DNA of 64,000 nucleotides from an uncultured Eubacteriales bacterium (GTDB lineage Bacteria; Bacillota; Clostridia; Christensenellales; Aristaeellaceae): NCBI GenBank assembly GCA_902790345.1, contig CADARO010000007.1, positions 3,693 to 67,692 of the forward strand, read 5' to 3'. Shown piece by piece: positions 62,537 to 64,000 of this stretch (position 1 is its first letter; each line of letters starts with the position of its first letter). The notes under the pieces were generated by a model. It saw only the letters and a program-made list of their open reading frames with translations, ran no database searches and was not told where the DNA came from. The position numbers and the translations under genes were made by a program.

Positions 62537-64000
62537 TTACAGCTCCTCCTCCATCAGCTCCTCGCGGATTGTCTCCAGCACGTCCCGGGGCTCCAGGACG
62601 GGCCTGAGCTGCTCCGGCATGCCGCCCAGCAGCGGATCCTGCTGGCACACGGCCCGCCAGTCGCAGCGGTCGCAGGCGTTGAAGCCGCTCATCTTCTTGG
62701 GGGCGATGGCGGTCTTGCCGGAGAGGATGCCCCGGGTGATGGATTCGGCGGCCCGGATGGCGTGCCGGATCAGCAGGTCGAAGCCGTCCTCGTCCATCAT
62801 GGAGACAGAGGATTTGGGGGTGCCGTCGTTTTTGAGAGTCAGGTTGACGATCTTGTCCACCTCCGGCGACATGGCCGCCAGCACCGCCTGATCGTCGATG
62901 TACAGGCCGCTCAGCCGCAGCGCCCGGTTGCGCTCGCCCTCCACCACGTCCGGGTCCCGGGAATCCGAGTCCACCACCGGGTCGGCCACCTTGAAGTAGA
63001 ACGCGCCGGCCGGCCGGGAGTCCGCGCGGCCCAGCGCCACGGCCAGGTAGATGATGAGCTGCAGCTGCAGGCCGAAGTATAGCCTGGCGAGGTTCATTTC
63101 GCTCTGGCCGCTCTTGTAGTCGATCACCCGTAGCCAGGTCTCATCGCCGTCGTTCCAGGCGTCGATGCGGTCGACTCGGCCCCTGAGGGGCACCTGGCCC
63201 AGCTCGGTGTGCAGTACCACGGCGGGGGCGAAATCGCCGAAATCCACCTCCAGGGCGAAGGGCTGGAAGGCGCTGCCGGTCAGCTGCTTTGTGACGGTGC
63301 GGGCAGCCCGGCGGGCCACGGCGCGCATGCGGCGGCTGTAGGCCAGCATCACCGGATTGTCGCTGAGGGGGCCGTCCATCATGGGGGCCAGCAGCCGCTC
63401 GGCCACGGCGTCCATGCGGGCCACGGCCTCCTCGGCGGAGAGCCCGGCCAGGCCCTCCCGGGTATTGCGCAGGAAGTCCTTCAGCGCGTCGTGGTAGAAG
63501 GTGCCCTCGTCCGCGGGTTTGAGCTCGTAGGGCTGGAGTTCCACCGGGCGCAGGCCGTACTGCACGAAGTGCATGAAGGGGCAGGCGGCGTAGCGCTCCA
63601 GCCGGGTGACGCTCATGGACGTGGGTCCCCCGTACAGCCGGCGGGCGGTATTCCGGTCGATGTCCTCGGACACGGCCCGCTTTTTCGCGGCGCGGCGCAG
63701 GGTCTCCAGGGCGGCGCGGCCCGTCTCGGTGGCGTAGAGCGCGGCGGCGGCGCCTCGGGCGGCCTCGGTGAGCCCGCCGCCGCTCACCTGGGCGGAGAGC
63801 CGGGACAGGGCGGCGTCCGGCGCGTTCAGCAGCAGCCGTTCCGTGGCCTCGGCTCCGGCGAAGCCGCCGGCGTCGGCCAGTTTGGGGAAGACGGCCCTCA
63901 GCCGCCCCACCACCGCGCCGGGCTGCAGCGCCGCGCCTTCCGCGTCGGACTGGGACCAGGTGAACACCACGAAGTCGCCGGCCATGGCCAGGGTGGCGGC
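62537..64000 (-). CDS. addB: Helicase-nuclease AddAB subunit AddB (RexB), C-terminal PD-(D/E)XK nuclease / Fe-S part; the 5' end lies beyond the window
   Basis: Fe-S cysteines: ERYAACPFMHFVQYGL and FNACDRCDWRAVC. Nuclease core: LRGRVDRID...VIDYKSG. The frame stays open to the window edge. Confidence 0.85.
   Translation of the reverse strand, partial: AATLAMAGDFVVFTWSQSDAEGAALQPGAVVGRLRAVFPKLADAGGFAGAEATERLLLNAPDAALSRLSAQVSGGGLTEAARGAAAALYATETGRAALETLRRAAKKRAVSEDIDRNTARRLYGGPTSMSVTRLERYAACPFMHFVQYGLRPVELQPYELKPADEGTFYHDALKDFLRNTREGLAGLSAEEAVARMDAVAERLLAPMMDGPLSDNPVMLAYSRRMRAVARRAARTVTKQLTGSAFQPFALEVDFGDFAPAVVLHTELGQVPLRGRVDRIDAWNDGDETWLRVIDYKSGQSEMNLARLYFGLQLQLIIYLAVALGRADSRPAGAFYFKVADPVVDSDSRDPDVVEGERNRALRLSGLYIDDQAVLAAMSPEVDKIVNLTLKNDGTPKSSVSMMDEDGFDLLIRHAIRAAESITRGILSGKTAIAPKKMSGFNACDRCDWRAVCQQDPLLGGMPEQLRPVLEPRDVLETIREELMEEEL

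Overview
This window is a high-GC (about two-thirds G+C by eye, not computed) chromosomal segment of Firmicutes/Clostridia type. That placement is an inference from the mrnC-thyX-rlmB-yacP-sigH block, LplABC-type sugar ABC loci, GGAGG ribosome-binding sites and frequent 1-8 nt gene overlaps. About 60 genes can be supported. Housekeeping genes: dapA, sigH, yacP, rlmB, thyX, mrnC, tsaD, prfB, secA (disrupted as given), ilvA and addB (partial). Carbohydrate-use genes: two LplABC-like ABC transporter loci, GH3, a GH36-like enzyme, GH18, a large unassigned glycoside hydrolase, an esterase, an SGNH hydrolase and a rhamnulokinase-like kinase. No rRNA, tRNA, CRISPR array, transposase or integrase was recognised. 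Many long ORFs in the track are antisense shadows typical of GC-rich DNA and were discarded. The main candidates for follow-up are: (1) 25.6-30.5 kb, a self-contained PAPS-synthesis operon (cysC-cysQ fusion, cysD, cysN with a degenerate APS-kinase-like tail) divergently paired with a small sulfotransferase, with no sulfate-reduction genes in view; this is a candidate metabolite-sulfonation cassette. (2) 1.4-5.8 kb, a translationally coupled operon encoding a MATE exporter fused to a degenerate RsbW-like ATPase domain, a GNAT, a Cache-HAMP-PP2C phosphatase and a stand-alone RsbW-like kinase, with no STAS or sigma partner visible. (3) 19.5-20.5 kb, a single sharply AT-rich ORF for a secreted protein, placed stop-to-start behind a large secreted protein and just ahead of a GDPD/PI-PLC-like gene. 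(4) 44.6-45.1 kb, five perfect DnaA boxes plus an AT-rich tract just 3' of tsaD, next to a (GGGGAAT)x4 repeat that forms the last codons of tsaD. (5) An internal frame-shifting deletion in secA. (6) Two long imperfect-palindrome, MITE-like intergenic elements.
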